In this document: one piece after another, positions 13,934 through 27,773 of the stretch
Layout of the letters: every line of letters starts with the position of its first letter
How positions within the stretch are numbered: the first letter of the stretch is position 1
DNA from: the human T2T-CHM13v2.0 reference genome, Homo sapiens
Assembly (NCBI RefSeq): GCF_009914755.1
Contig: NC_060930.1
Reading direction: 5' to 3' (one strand)
DNA length: 64,000 bases
Notes under the pieces: model-generated
Seen by the model: only the letters and a program-made list of their open reading frames with translations
Databases searched by the model: none
Told to the model about the DNA's origin: nothing
Program-made: the position numbers and the translations under genes

Positions 13934-14082
13934 GCATTTGGTCACAGAATTATGTTCTCTGGGCATCTTGAGGAAGTAGTGATCTGGGAGAAATCTTTGG
14001 GAAATGGTGGTCGGTCTGAATGAGATACCATCTTTCTCGCATATGACAGTTTCTGAAGTGCTTCCAATTTGAAACTTCCCGG
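13934..14082 (-). pseudogene. Pseudo-exon (149 nt, phase 0-2): PGSFKLEALQKLSYARKMVSHSDRPPFPKDFSQITTSSRCPENIIL*PN
   Basis: Acceptor cacag, donor gtatga; phase matches the flanking exons; shares a KMVxHSD motif with exon 11923-11798. Confidence 0.6.
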
Positions 14083-14624
14083 CTGTGCTGTTAATCCCAC
14101 ACCTACCTAGCTGCATCATCTGGGCTGCTTTTCAAAGAATATTGATACCTGGTCCTCTTCAGGTTTAAGGTACAGATTTCATTGGCAGGTGTGGGCCCTG
14201 GAGTGTAGACATTGTAGAAAAGCTTCTCCAGATTATTCCAATTGAGCCTTGACCTAAAAGACAAAAATGTCTATTTCTTGTTCATTTGCTACATGCTACA
14301 GATGTACATAAACAAGCTACCGTTTCTCAAGCAACTGATATTTGAGATGGGGTCTGAGCATAGGCAGGAGTTAGCCTGATAGGGAGGAAAAGGCTAACTG
14401 GCATTATGGGCACCACATGGGCAAAGCTTTAGAGGCAGGCAAAGATAACGGCACAGTAAAGGAAACACTGGAGGACTTAGCCATTCTATGTCTTGATATT
14501 TTCATCCATTAAGTTGCTTCTTTTATTCTCCCTGAGGTTCCCATATCCACATATCAGAAGACAGTCCTTACATGTTTTCAGTCATTACTTAAATCATACT
14601 AACTTAAGCCACCTCAAGTCCTGT

Positions 14625-14815
14625 AACACTGCTCCCAAACTGGCCTGGCCGATTGTTAAAATTAACCAGGGCAATTTGAAAAAATGCATATTCCTGGATC
14701 TCAATTCCAAACATTCTGAACCAATAGCCTGATGGTAGGATTCCATGAAATCTGCATTTCTTTCAAAGTTCTCCAGGTGATTCCCATGATCAGCCAGCTT
14801 TGGGAATCGCTGGCC
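14625..14815. mobile_element. MER5-family (hAT-Charlie) element
   Basis: ctccaggtgattc motif and TIR-like ends. Confidence 0.65.
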
Positions 14816-14967
14816 TGTCTGGTATGAATCCATCCTTGCCTCCCTGAGATTACTAGAAGGCAAAGAATCTGAATCCTGGGAACTTCTGACATGGAAGCAT
14901 TTCAGCTTTGCACCTACAGACCCTTATTTGCATAAGTCTGAAGTTTTAAACATTTAAGTAGTCTTAT

Positions 14968-15432
14968 CTTCTAATGTTATGTCAGTAGTAGACATTTGTG
15001 ACTGGTGCTTCATGATAACCATGGAAAGCTGGAGACCCAATGTTTTGGTAAATTTGAGGGAAAAAACAATGGCAAGGAAATGCTATGGTTTTCATCAGCT
15101 TTTTCTTGCTTATAACTATATAAATACAGTTGACCCTTGAAAAACAGGGGCTTAAACTTTGAGCATCCACTTATATGTATTTTTTTCAAACAAATGCGGA
15201 TAGAAAATAGAGTATTCGAGTGGTGTGAAACCCGCCGATATGGAGAACTGATTTTTGTATGTATGGGTTCCACAGGGCCAACTGTGGGACTTTATGTGCG
15301 AATTTTAGTATATGACAGGGTCCTGGAACCAATCCCTTGCATATACCAAGGGGCAACTGTAAATGTTAAAACAGCCCGGGATCAGAAAACAGCTGACTCG
15401 GGGAACTAACTGTGGAAACGTATAGCCGTGGC
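14968..15432 (-). pseudogene. Pseudo-exon interrupted by MER8: GHGYTFPQLVPRVSCFLIPGCFNIY|LYSYKQEKADENHSISLPLFFPSNLPKHWVSSFPWLS*
   Basis: Strong acceptor ctgttatttccttacag; excising MER8 plus one TA joins two ORF-track fragments in frame; donor decayed (ataaga). Confidence 0.65.
15127..15359 (+). mobile_element. MER8 (TcMar-Tigger)
   Basis: cagttgacccttg...gggcaactg with TA target duplication. Confidence 0.88.
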
Positions 15433-16957
15433 CTGTAAGGAAATAACAGACACAACAACGATAATTACAGTAGCATAAATAAGAGTTTTCCAACTGATAT
15501 GAGCCAAGTTCATTAGAGTATCTAATTCAGCCTGGGGACAAGGTCAGGAAGAGCTTTCTCCAGCAACTGATATTTAAGATGAGTTTTAGCAAATGCAGCA
15601 GATAGCTTGATGGGGAGGAAAGGGTTAGCTAGCATGCATAGACAAAGTTTTGGAGGCAAGAAAAGATAATGGCACGGTTAAGAAAAAATTGGTAAAACTT
15701 AACCATTCTATGCCTTGATATTTACATCCATAAAAGGGCATAACAATGGTCCCCACCTCTTAGGGGAGTCACGAAGATTGGATTAGTTACTTAGCACAGT
15801 GTTTAAAACAATGAACTGTCAAGTACCGTGGGCTCAGTTAAAGTCAGCTAGTGTTATCCATTGTTTATTTTATATGGTATCAGAATGTGCGGGGAAAGAT
15901 GCAAATATGTAATTCAAATATCATTTTTATGAATGTCTCGAATCGAAAACTTCAGAGAATGATGCTATTAAAAACAAAAGCCAACTGTGCGCCACGGAGC
16001 ACTAAACAGCAGGGGCAAGAAGTAACGGTCTGTACCATTTTTAAAAATTGAACTTTTTTTTTTTCACAGAATGACATGTTTGTGAGAGTTCAGATATGAT
16101 TCATGGCACGAAAATGACATTTGAGGTGCCTCTGATCGCCTCTGCCTGAAGAATATGAGTTAGTGTTAGAGCGTGCAGCTGGGTCTTTTCACTCCCGATT
16201 CAGGAGGGGACAGAAGGGAAGAGGCCAGGGCTTTTTGTGCACAGGCAGCAATTATACCCTGAAACCCAGAGCCCGACAGTCGCTGCTCCTGGGCAATCGA
16301 CACTGCTTCCTGCTGCTGGCTGCTGAATGCCGCAGAGGTGATGGGGCCTGAAGGGAGCGAGTGAACAGGTGGTAATTATGACTGACACAATGTCGGCCTG
16401 CGCAGACATGTAACCACCGAACAAAACACGCAGTTAGCTAACAAGAGATCGGTGGAAGGTTTTTTGCTGGCACTGTGTCTCCTGTCTGACACTTCTGAAA
16501 TTGGAGGGAGGGACGGGGAGGCGTTGTAAACCTTGGTATTCAGAAGTATAATAGGCCAACTGAGCTGAAGGGAGAATGCTTAACATTTGTTCCTTTTGCA
16601 GTGATTATATCAGCCACTGTTTTCATGTTGATTTGGCCATAGTGCTCTTTGCTCACAGTTTTTCCTTTTGAAAATGTGTCCTTTGGATCGTTTCTTTGAT
16701 ACAGCGCTGCTTTCACGCACACCCAGCATTTTGAGCAATTTTCAAACTGTTCATGTATTTCTGGATATTACAGTTCCTACTACATACAAAAGAGGTTTGA
16801 TAGTACAGGCCGTCTTCTTCTCCCTCTGCCTTGAAGGTCCTGTGGATATACTTTGTCCCATTCTACAGATAAGGAAAAGAAATATTGGGGTGTGTTCTCC
16901 CATCAGTACTTCTGTTGGTTCTTGTAAAGTTGGTGGGCATCACTCTTGAGGAATGTC

Positions 16958-17017
16958 AACAGCTGAGTCTAAAATAAAACAGCTGAGTCTAAAATAAACA
17001 GCTGAGTCTAAAATAAA
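16958..17017 (+). repeat. Tandem repeat, about 20 bp x3 (aacagctgagtctaaaataa)
   Basis: Directly visible. Confidence 0.95.
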
Positions 17018-18271
17018 AAAAAAATACTGTTTCATTTTACATTCTAGAATATCCAACAAGTGCATTTGAAGATTGCTCTACAAGATTTCTTCCTCACATG
17101 AGTTTTCCTTGAAAAATGTTGTGGTCATCTCATCCCCTGTGCTAGTTTATCTGGTGAAGCCAATCCTAAGTCTCATTCATTGGTGTTGATGCCGTCTGAC
17201 TGAACTCCAGCTCATATTCCAGGGTCCTCTCACAGCACATCCATATGCTAAAGAAAACAGTTTTAGGTTCTTCTCTAAAATACCAGACTTAGTTCCATCT
17301 ACATGGCAACACGACATCAAACAGCTATTTGGGGAAGAATGAATGTGTCTTTGGATGTGGACAATAGTTTATTTATTAGCCCCTTTATCACTTTTTGTCC
17401 TGTCCTGAGAATAAGCCATTCAAAATCTACCTGAAATAATTGGCATGTTTTTGTCCCAATAATAACAAAAGTTAAAACATAATTTTATTCTTTTCCAATT
17501 CAGTTTGGAACTTTCCATCTTGTGGGTGCGTCATATTATAGTAAAAATTTTAAAAAGACATGTTCGCAGCTATTTGTGGAGTACTGGTGGCAGAGGAGGT
17601 CACGCTAATCTATTGCTGGTGGATGGTTTGTAGATCCATCCCAATTAAACTTCAGTTTCTTACTGTGAACTGTAAGTACCAAAATCTTTCTGCAAAACAT
17701 CCCTTGAATTATGTTTTTATGTATTGGGCAGTGTTTCTCTGAATCGCTCTCCACCCTGTTTGTCTTTTGCTTTTAAGGAGGAGCCTTCATTTTCTACCCA
17801 CCAACTCTCAGTATACTTTCAAGCTCTTTCTTTAATACTTTGCTTTATTCCCTCAAAATCAGCTTTATTAGCTACTTTCTATCACTGTGTAAAGATAACC
17901 ACCAAATTTCTAACTTAAACTTGACATACAGATGGGTTTTTAATTGGATATATTTCCTTTATCTCAGATAAACATGTTTCAAAAAAGTTCTTCTCATGTG
18001 TCCCAATTATCACTCCTAACTGAAATTAGTTCTGTCTGTTGATTCTACTATTTTCTCATATTCTTTCAAGCTTACCACCATTGGCATTGCCTTTGATGCT
18101 TTCTGTTATTTTATTCTCCTATTCTTACACTTAACTGTATCAGAGATTTGTAGTTTGAAGGAAACCTAGAAACTGAAACCAATACTTCTACAACTGAGAA
18201 AATTTCTGCCCAGATAAAGTCAGCTATCAAAGAATGCCCCAACCCTCTCAGAGCTAGCAACAGAACTGGGA

Positions 18272-18520
18272 CTCATTCATCCATGTAACAAGCATTTCTA
18301 GAACATATGCAGTGGGCCAGGAGCTGTCCTAGGTGCTGTGAATACAAATAGGAATATGAATCCCTGACTTCTCCGTACTGCAGATCTAGTTCAGGAGATA
18401 AGTCAAAACAGATAACTAAAGAATAATTTTTATAAGGGCAGCAAGGAAGTGGACAGGGAACTATTATAAGAGGTTTATGTAAGAACATCTTAGGGTGAGA
18501 GAAGGGGAAGGCCAAGAGAG
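18272..18520 (-). mobile_element. L2 3' fragment
   Basis: cattcatccat...agcattt L2 terminus pattern. Confidence 0.6.
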
Positions 18521-21280
18521 AGGCAGAAACTCACTCTTTCTTCTGACCTATCCCTCATACTTGTCATACTAGACAAATCTTCCTAATACAAAACAATTAA
18601 TGTGAAAGCTCCAAAACTGCTTAGGGACAATTGATATTGGTGAAGCCAGAGGATTTACATAATAAACCATGTTTTTATTTTTATTGTATCTTTATTTGAG
18701 GATGACTTGAAGGTGCATTTTATATAGCTGTTTTATTAATTAAACAAGTTCAATTCTGTATTATGCAAATAGAAATAAGCTTCGTATTTTCTATTACATT
18801 CTTTTCAAATAAGTTTCCTGGACTTACTTTTTGCTGATCATGAATAAAATGTCCATTCATCTTTTGGGGTCAAATGGCCCCTTCAGGTGGCCTTGTTGGG
18901 CAAGACAACTTTTAAGATGGCTCCCAGTTGGCACCTTCTGTTGGGCCCTTGTCTTGTCTGGAGACAGGCCCCCTGCCCTGCTGCTGGGAGTGGACTTCTC
19001 ATTGAGAACTCACGCCTCTTTTTCTCAGCCAGCTTCCACCAGCAGTCATGTTTACAGAGTCCTTGAGTGCTCCGAACTCCAAGAGACGTGGCAAGCTCCC
19101 TACTTGTTCCTGTGACGCTCCCTCCTTCAATTGGCTTTAGGGAAGAGGACACATGTCCCCATCTCTGCCAGGGGTGGTGACGAATGTACAGCATATTGAC
19201 CACTGTCTCTGAGCAGTCTTCATGATCAGCATCTCCCACACCTCTATTTAGAAGGCTGGATCACAACCCACTAGCATGAAGCAGATGGGTCTCATGCGTA
19301 GCTTTATACCGGGAGATACTTGATACCTATTATATTGTCTTCAGCTTCTGAGGCCCCAGTGGAATGAAACAGAGACCTCAGGAGGAATCACAGTTACTAT
19401 ACTATTATATAGGAGGAAATTCTACTCTAGCTGGAAGAGACTTAGGGGACTTCTGTATTTATCTGTTATTTGGGGTGATTCGTGGTAGGACAAAATCACT
19501 TTGAGGGCAGCCAAAACACCTTCCCCCAACCGCAGCCAAGCAGTCCTTGATGAACAACTCAACATCAGTTCCATAACTCCCCTGCTGAGAAAATTATTAC
19601 AACACCCTTTTCTTATCAGGAGCAAAGTCTTGGGAGCAAATTATTTTGCCAAAGTGTATGGGTATACCTAATTCAACCAGGCCTAACTATCCAATTTTAT
19701 TCCCAATTCTCTATGACATGGAGTGTTCTCCTTCTTTCTTGAAGCGCATCTAGTATAAATTGTCTAAATGGGCATACTAGTATCCTTCAAAATTCCTTCC
19801 TCTCCATCATGTATTTGGATTCACCATGAAGACCATTTGCTAATAAGTGAATAAAAGATGGATAAAATGCCTTTAATCAAACCAACAGTCACCACATTTC
19901 AAGAAGCAGTGACATAGATTTGAATAGGGGTTTTATTGGATTTTTTTTTAGAGGCATTCAAAAGTTGAAGTTTCCAAGGAAATACTTTGGGGCCAGGGCT
20001 CTCGGCAGTGGATTCCAAGGTTACACTCATGGCCTATACAGCATAAAAACATAACTAATTAGCTTAACTGGTAGATCTCCTTATATCATTAATGTTACCG
20101 GAGAAATTCAAGACAGATCAATGAGAGACCCAGAGTCTTACTTTGTTTAATGATTTTGAAGTGCATGAAAGGTGGGCTACAACAAACACGGTAGGTGAGA
20201 TATTTGGAGTGGAATTATAATTCTTAGCTTCAAAAAGACTAAAGAGAAGAGAGTGAGGTGAGGCCAAAAAAGAGGTTTAAGGCCTTTGAGTTTTGAAATT
20301 CAAGCCATATATTAAATACATTACATTCCACACAATAGAAAATTACAAGGGCCTCAGACAAACATTTTAATTCCGGAGAGTTCATAGTAAGTCGATATGA
20401 GGATGTGGAACAGCAGCTCCTGGCGAGCCAAGGGCCTTCTGCCCCTGGCCCTGACAGCCAGGGAGGGCTGCATCTGGGTGCCTCCATCTGCTCTTCCGCC
20501 AGGCTGCCGGATTCCACCCGCACACCATGCCGTCTGCTATCCTGTGCTCCCTCGCACTACTTGGCTGGCAAGTTCTAAGAAGATAAGCTTTAAAGTGCAA
20601 ACGTCAGGGCTAAAAGAGTTTCTCAGATATCAAACGGACATATTTTTCAACTCAAAGAATCAAATATAAACGATGACCCAGAGGAAATTCCCTTTAAAAC
20701 AGACTAGCAAGAGAAAACATTCTGCCAGTTTTCATCATCTTGTTCTTCACTACCCCCAAACATTTGGAAAGTGATCTAGATCTTCTGTGGGAAGAAGCCA
20801 CTGGCTGTATCTGCTTTGTATTAATAAAACTTATGTTTCTGTATTTCTCTAAAAGTGAGGAGATTGTCTTCAATTAAACAAGTAGGTAAGGGAGGGTGTA
20901 CCCACAGTTCTAGTTGCAGAAACAGTTGAATGAGAATTAAATAACAAGTCAGACAGATGATACTATACAAGGCAGGTCTTGAAATTAGTTGTTTTATCTG
21001 CATGTCACTGTGTGTCTTTGTTGCAGCACAGCTGAAGTTGGCTGACCCACTTGATCTTTCTGAGTTTCAACTACACTTTCTGCAAAATAGCAGTATTTGT
21101 TTCCCAGGGTGGTAAGGAGTAAGCAATCTCTTTGAACATGACTGTAGTAGGTATCTTACTGGTATTAGTATTCCTTATTTTTCTCCCTTTACCAAGGGCA
21201 CATGTGTAAGTGGATTACACATATATAGGTGGATCCTACTTCAGCTGGGCTTTTGTCTACCTCAGTGATTCTCAAACTGA

Positions 21281-21705
<425 letters not shown>

Positions 21706-21821
21706 GGCGCTGGTATGTTTTAAGTCTCCCAAGTGATTCTGATGTGAAGCCAAGGTTGAAACCTGCTGACAATATCTCTAAGCCCTTTCTCTGCAATGTA
21801 ATTTGTTAGAATATTTGTTCC

Positions 21822-22325
21822 CCACTTTCTAATACAATCACTGGTAGCCATGCATGGCCATGAAGCACTTGGAAAGGGACTAGTCTTAATTGGCACACAC
21901 TAGAATGTACCACAAGCAGAAAATATGCTCCGGATTTCAAACACTTAATATAAAAATGAATGTAAAATACCTCATTAATAATTTTTATAATGACTGTTGA
22001 AATGATATTATTTTGGATATTTTAGGTTAAAGAAAATGTATTATTATAATTAATATGACTTATTCCTCTTCACTTCCTTATGAGGCTACTAGAAAATTTA
22101 AAATTACCTCTGTGCCTCACGTTGTATTTCTAGTGGACAGATCTGCTGTAGATCAAGGATCTGAGAATGGAAGTATCCGCCTCAGCTGGGAACGTATTAG
22201 AAATGCAAATTATTGGGTACCACCCAGACTTAACTGTGTCTGAGACTCAGAGCGTGGGTTCAGCAATCTGTTTTAATAAATCTCCCAGGGGATTTGAGAT
22301 GTGTTAAATTTGAGACCCACTGCCC
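21822..22325. mobile_element. MER33 followed by MER5A
   Basis: ggctactagaaaatttaaaattac (MER33); gagaatggaagtatc..gagacccactg (MER5A). Confidence 0.7.
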
Positions 22326-23529
22326 TAGATAATTGTCAAATCATGCATGCCTTTTCAACTGAGTCTCTCTGTTCTCTTGCAATGGGTCTACAATTTGTTT
22401 AGGAATGAAATGCCAAGTGGCTCTCTTTACAGACCATCTGGAGACATCAGAGATAAGGGAACACTGTACCTAAGAACTGCTTCTTCTTTATGGGTATATG
22501 GAAAACTTTTATTGAACTGAAAAAGAAAATATGTACTATTGTATTTAAATAAAATCTTAGACTTGATATTCTTGAATTTCTGTTTATATTTTTAATATTG
22601 TCTACCTAAATTTTGTTTAGAATCTGTTAAATATCAATAACCTTTGTATGGGAAACCATTAAAAAATAAAATACATGCTACAGAATTTGTATGGCACTAG
22701 ATATAATCATCAAGAAAGGTATGGATTGTTTCCCTTCTGAAGATGACATCCTTGGTCTCTGGCTTATTTACTTGTTCCCTGAACTATAGGTTTATGCTCA
22801 TAAGCTCTGTCTGCTCTCTCCAGAGCATGTTAAATCTCATCTGCCAACCCCTTTGTTATCTCTCTTTCAAAAAGGAAAAAGAAAATGATTCAAGGTCAAG
22901 TAGCTCCCACATTGCACACAGTTTAACCTAATTTGCCTTAAAGGAGATTTGAATTCTCAAAAATAAGCCTAAATTGGAAGCTCGCAAATTAAACACTGAC
23001 ATTCAGTGAAAGGTAAGAGCTGTGTCCTTCTAAATAGAAAGAACAGGTATTCCAACCACATCAGGAAGCTCTCAGGGTCACGAGAGGCCACCAGGCATTA
23101 AGAACCAGATGCTTTGCTGTGGTGTGAGGAGACTGTCCCCAGGCATGCTAATGGGAATGGCAGCAGCTGTACCTGACCACTGATGCAGATGGAGAGCATG
23201 ACAGACCCACAATGGAGTTCCCCCAAGTAAAGGGAAACAAGAGATCAAACTCACTAATCCATAATTTTATCTAGATCATATTGCCTGGACTATCGCCACC
23301 TGCAAATTAATAATCTGAGAACAATAAATAGAATGCAAGGAGTCCCCAGTCATAGCTCTACCCATCAAAACCTGTGGGCATTGCCACTACAAAAAGTTAG
23401 CAGGTCATGAAAATTCAGCCACATAAGAGAAAAACCATCTCACCTGAGTCAAATGAAAATGACAATATCATCTACACTAAGTGCAAAACACCATTAACAT
23501 TGCTTTCATTCTTTAAAAGATTCTTTTAG

Positions 23530-24100
23530 AGTATCAGCTAAGCAATGTAGAGTAAGAGTTAAAAACTAAGGCTCCTGAATCTGCCTGCCCTGGGTAAGAG
23601 ACCCAGTTCTGCAACTTGCAAAGTACAGGACCTTGAGAAGTTAACTTCTGTTAAGTGTCAGTTCTTACTTGTAAAACTGTCTTGCTGCCATGTTTCCCAT
23701 GCAACTATTGATAAGACTAAAAGAGATGATGTATTTTAAATGTTTAATCTGGTACCCAACACACAGGAAACACCCAATCAATGGTAGATATTACTTTAAG
23801 AGCTATTCCTAGCATCAATACAATCCCTTTGTTATGTCCAAAATGCACAGTCTCAAACATATCCAAGAGAGAATCAATATTTTTTTAACTGTCTACTGTG
23901 CGCAGGGCATTTCATGTTATTTTACCCTCACAGCACACCTAAAAGGTAGACATTACTCTCTTCCTTTTATAGGTGGGATAAGAAAGCTCAAAGGTATTAA
24001 ACAACTTGCCCAAGACCACACAGGTAGAAAGAGAGAGAGGCAGAATTTATGCTCAAGTCTAGTTGGCCCTAAAATGTAGTCTTTTTATTGTATCATGTAG
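23530..24100. mobile_element. Two MIR elements in opposite orientation
   Basis: MIR core motifs (e.g. aacttgcccaagaccacacag). Confidence 0.6.
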
Positions 24101-24614
24101 TCTACTTGGAATTCTTAACATTGAGGGAGAAAAAAAACCCACTGTTGCTTTTCAGAGGGGAGGAGATATTTTTCTATTTTTATAGATAGTTGAATTTTAA
24201 CCAGAATGAGTAGAAGTGCATTATGTTCAGAAATTTGTAAAGTTTTTTCAGGTTTCATTTGGGTACTCTGAGACTTAAGGCCCTTAAGCTCTGGGCTAAT
24301 ACTGGGTGCCATCCAACAGCAACAGGAAAACTAGCTCTCGAGAGATCTGATATATCAGAACAGATGCCCAGTTGCATATACATTTAATTTTAACAAATAG
24401 TTTTCATAACTATAGGATTTTCTATATTTATTAAAAAAAATCTGGCACATGAGAAAATATCAAATTGTGCTATTCCACCTCCATATGTGCCAGTTATCTA
24501 TAAATATAGAAATGCAATAATTATCACTAAAACTGTTACTTGTTAAATTTTTAAAAACAGATAAATTATGAATATGGATTTGAAAAATAGTTTAAGGAGT
24601 TAAGAAATGGATAA

Positions 24615-26240
24615 GAATCTAGAATCACTGGCTGTAACTCAGATGGGATCCTGAAAGCCACCTAGTCCAGACGCAATGTTTGAATGCATTCCACAAAGTG
24701 GGTTTTAGGCATTTGCTTAAACACCTCCAGTGACAGCAAGCTCAGTATCTGTAAAGACTCTCATCTGCGGTTGGATCCCATTATTTGTTGACACTGTCTT
24801 CCTTATGTGAATGCAAATTCTGCTAATGTCAATGCTACCATGTATGGAGCCACCATAATATGGCAGGCATCCTGGAAGCAGCATTTGATTCTTTACCTCC
24901 TGGAATCTTTAACACAATCTTATGAAATACTCACGTGTTCGCATGAGATGTATTAGTCAAGATGCTAAACATGCCACAGCTATCAGTGGCCTGGTCCTCG
25001 TCTGCACACCAGGGCTTGCTAGTGACATGTCTGTCACAAGTGGCATTGGAGCCAGCTTGACCCACTAAAGTAGGATAAGTCAAATTCAATCCTATTTCCA
25101 CAGAAAACTTCCCCAAATACATGGTAGACACCTATCGTGTCTCCATATGCATCCTCTCCTTCGGGTTAAACGTGCCTAATCCGTCATCATTTTGTGCTCA
25201 TAATAAAATTTTGCATTTTTTCACCTTTTTGGAAACTCTCATATTTCTAATGTGTTTGTTTTGTTTTCAAGCATTATGACCAGAACCAGATACGATACTT
25301 CAGGAATGACCCAAAGAATGAGGAATAGACACAGCCATCATGTCCTCACTCTGGATACTCTAGTTCCATCAAGGCAAACTTCTAGCTTTTATTACAACCC
25401 CATATTGCCCTCAACTCTTACCATCTTTAGAGTCAATAAACAATCCAAATCTCTCTTGTTGTTGGTGCTCCATCTAACGCCTCCTCTCATTCTAGAAAAT
25501 TGTCTAACCATGTCATTCACATGGGAGGTGACTGCTTTTTACATACTAACCTCCATGGCTATTCCATTTGGCCTAGAGTGGTACTTAATCCAGGCCAAGT
25601 AAAATCCTCCTAAGAAACTTTTTTTCTGACTGAGGCAAGAAAATTCTTTCCTTTTTGTTGACTAAACTAGAAATACATAAGTTCAAGAGTTGTTAGAGAC
25701 CAGAGCTCCTCCCATGTAGAGAAACTAAAAAATGCACAAGGAGAATCAGAAACAAGACAAATTGAGAGATTTCCAAAAGCACTCAAGTTCTGAGGACCCC
25801 ACGATTTGCTTACAATAGCCCAAACCCCCTCTTTTGTGTTTAAACAATGAAAGTTAGGTTTCTGTCACTGGCAACCCCAGGAATCCTGACTAATTCACTT
25901 CTATATCTCTGCTTAAAAAGCTGGTAGTTTGTATTCAAATACCACAGCTAACACGTATTTAATATTTTTAAGATTCAGGCCATGTTTCCAGAGTATAAAA
26001 ATATTTTGGGATCCTGTTTTTGTTATTCTTTCCATCTACATATCATATATACATTTGATTGCTTAGTTATCAGAGTCCTTGTCCAAGTAATTAACAAAAA
26101 CAATCGCATAGGGCAAGGCTGTATGACAGACCCCAAGTCAGCCAGAAGACCCCCACATCAAAACTGAATTACTCTATCCATCAGCAGTGTTCCTATGGCT
26201 TAGCTGTTCTGTCAAGAACTGAGTTCAAGTGTGGATTTTC
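24615..26240 (-). mobile_element. L3/CR1 fragments with an intervening MLT1-type LTR (about 25520-25900)
   Basis: gcttaaacacctccagtgacagcaagctc and other CR1 3' motifs. Confidence 0.6.
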
Positions 26241-27061
26241 TTACAGCTAGTCTACAGTGCCAGCCACCAGGCACCAAAGACAAGCTTTCTTCTCTATAAG
26301 CAAGTATTCCCATCACTGACGTGCCTTCCAGGATTGTAAAACATAATGGAAATAAATGACAATGTAATTTATAAATATCAAGCACTGGGTTGAACAGAGA
26401 GAGAAGATAAGTTTATGACTTGGAGAGATTGAGTTCTCACTTCATAGATGAAGAACTTGAGCTTATCATCATGCAGTTTGCTAAATGTTTGAACTTTTTA
26501 AATTTTAAAATAATGAAGGTGAAGAATTAAAATGCTTTTCAGTATCTATTGAAATAGTCAGATGGTTTTCCTTATTCAGCTATGCGCTTTTTCAATAAAA
26601 GAAAGCAATTCCTCTTTAATAATACTAGAACCAGAGCTACCTCATGATGGATTACCTGGGGGTGGAGGAAAGGGTATTGAAAGTGAGGAGAAGATGGTAA
26701 AAGTATAAGGAATATAACCAAAGATAAACTTAATGCATTTCAAAGTAGCACAGTGTCAGCTTTGTCTAGAATTTGCCCCCGTGCACAGGGAAAACATGAA
26801 TGGGTCTTGCAGAGAGAGAAGCTCGGGTACAAGCCCCTCCACCCTTCCCACCTGAATGTTGGTGTAATAATGTCTACTTCACAGGGCTGTTGTGAGACAT
26901 AAATGGTTATAGTATCTAAAGAATGTTGCCCAGTGCCAGGCACATAGTAGTTTCTCAATAAACGTTACTTCTCTTTCCTCCCTACTTTATTTCTTCTAAT
27001 GATAATATATAAAAATACAAAAAAATGCCCACATTCACTTTAAAGAAGTAGGCACAATTCA

Positions 27062-27490
27062 TTTTACAAAATTAAATGTGGTATATGTGTACAATGGAAT
27101 ATTATTCAGCCTTTAAAAAGGAAGAAAATTCTGACACATGCTACAACCTGGATGAACCTTGAGGACATCACTCCAAGTGAAATAAGCCAGTCAAAAAACA
27201 CAAACACTGTATGATTCCACTTATATAAAGTACCTAGAGTAGTCAAATTCATAAAGACAGAAAGTAGAATAGTGGTTGCCAAGAGCTGAGGGAGGAAGGG
27301 AATGCGAAGTTATAGTTTATTGGATATACAATTTCATTTTGGGAAGATGAAGAAGTTCTGGGGATGGATGGTGGTGATGGTTGCACAACGATGTGAATGG
27401 ACTTAATGCCACTGACCTGTGAAGGTGGTTAAAATGGTTATGTTATGTATATCTTACTGCAATTTTAAAAATTATCTTTTAAAAAAAAAA
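27062..27490 (+). mobile_element. L1MB 3' end
   Basis: aatgtggtatat..caatggaatattattcagcc, 3' UTR, A tail. Confidence 0.85.
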
Positions 27491-27736
27491 CTTTGTGGAG
27501 TTGTTTGATTCTTGTCAATTCTGAACTAAAAATTTAATCTCGGGATTTCTAAGTCATATATTTCTCCGTCTATAAAATCCCCATAAAGCCTGAGGTTGGT
27601 TTTGTTAGAGGCCTGCAGTGCATCTTCTTGGCTGGAGCAGAGCACAGCATGGATGCAGAGGCAGGGCCTGCTATGAAGGACTGGTGGCTTCATCTTTGTC
27701 CAAGAGCCTGCAATTTGCAGTGGCCTATGGAGCCGC

Positions 27737-27773
27737 CGCTATTCTGAGCTCAGTGGCGCTATTCTGAGCTCAG
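27737..27773 (+). repeat. Direct duplication cgctattctgagctcag x2
   Basis: Directly visible, 20-bp period. Confidence 0.9.

Larger units (their letters stand above)
16583..19243 (-). pseudogene. Upstream candidate pseudo-exons starting at 19243 (to 19056), 17669, 17247 (to 17041) and 16776
   Basis: Each begins at an AG acceptor (17247: ctgttttctttag); translations include GVGDADHEDCSETVVNMLYIRHHPWQRWG, HSKKLKFNWDGSTNHPPAID, IWMCCERTLEYELEF and CWVCVKAALYQRNDPKDTFSKG; the 19056/17669 junction is phase-compatible. Confidence 0.55.

Noticed and set aside
16958-17017. Three 20-bp repeats considered as a CRISPR-like array
   Set aside because: Head-to-tail copies with no spacers, in eukaryotic DNA with no cas genes; a simple tandem duplication.
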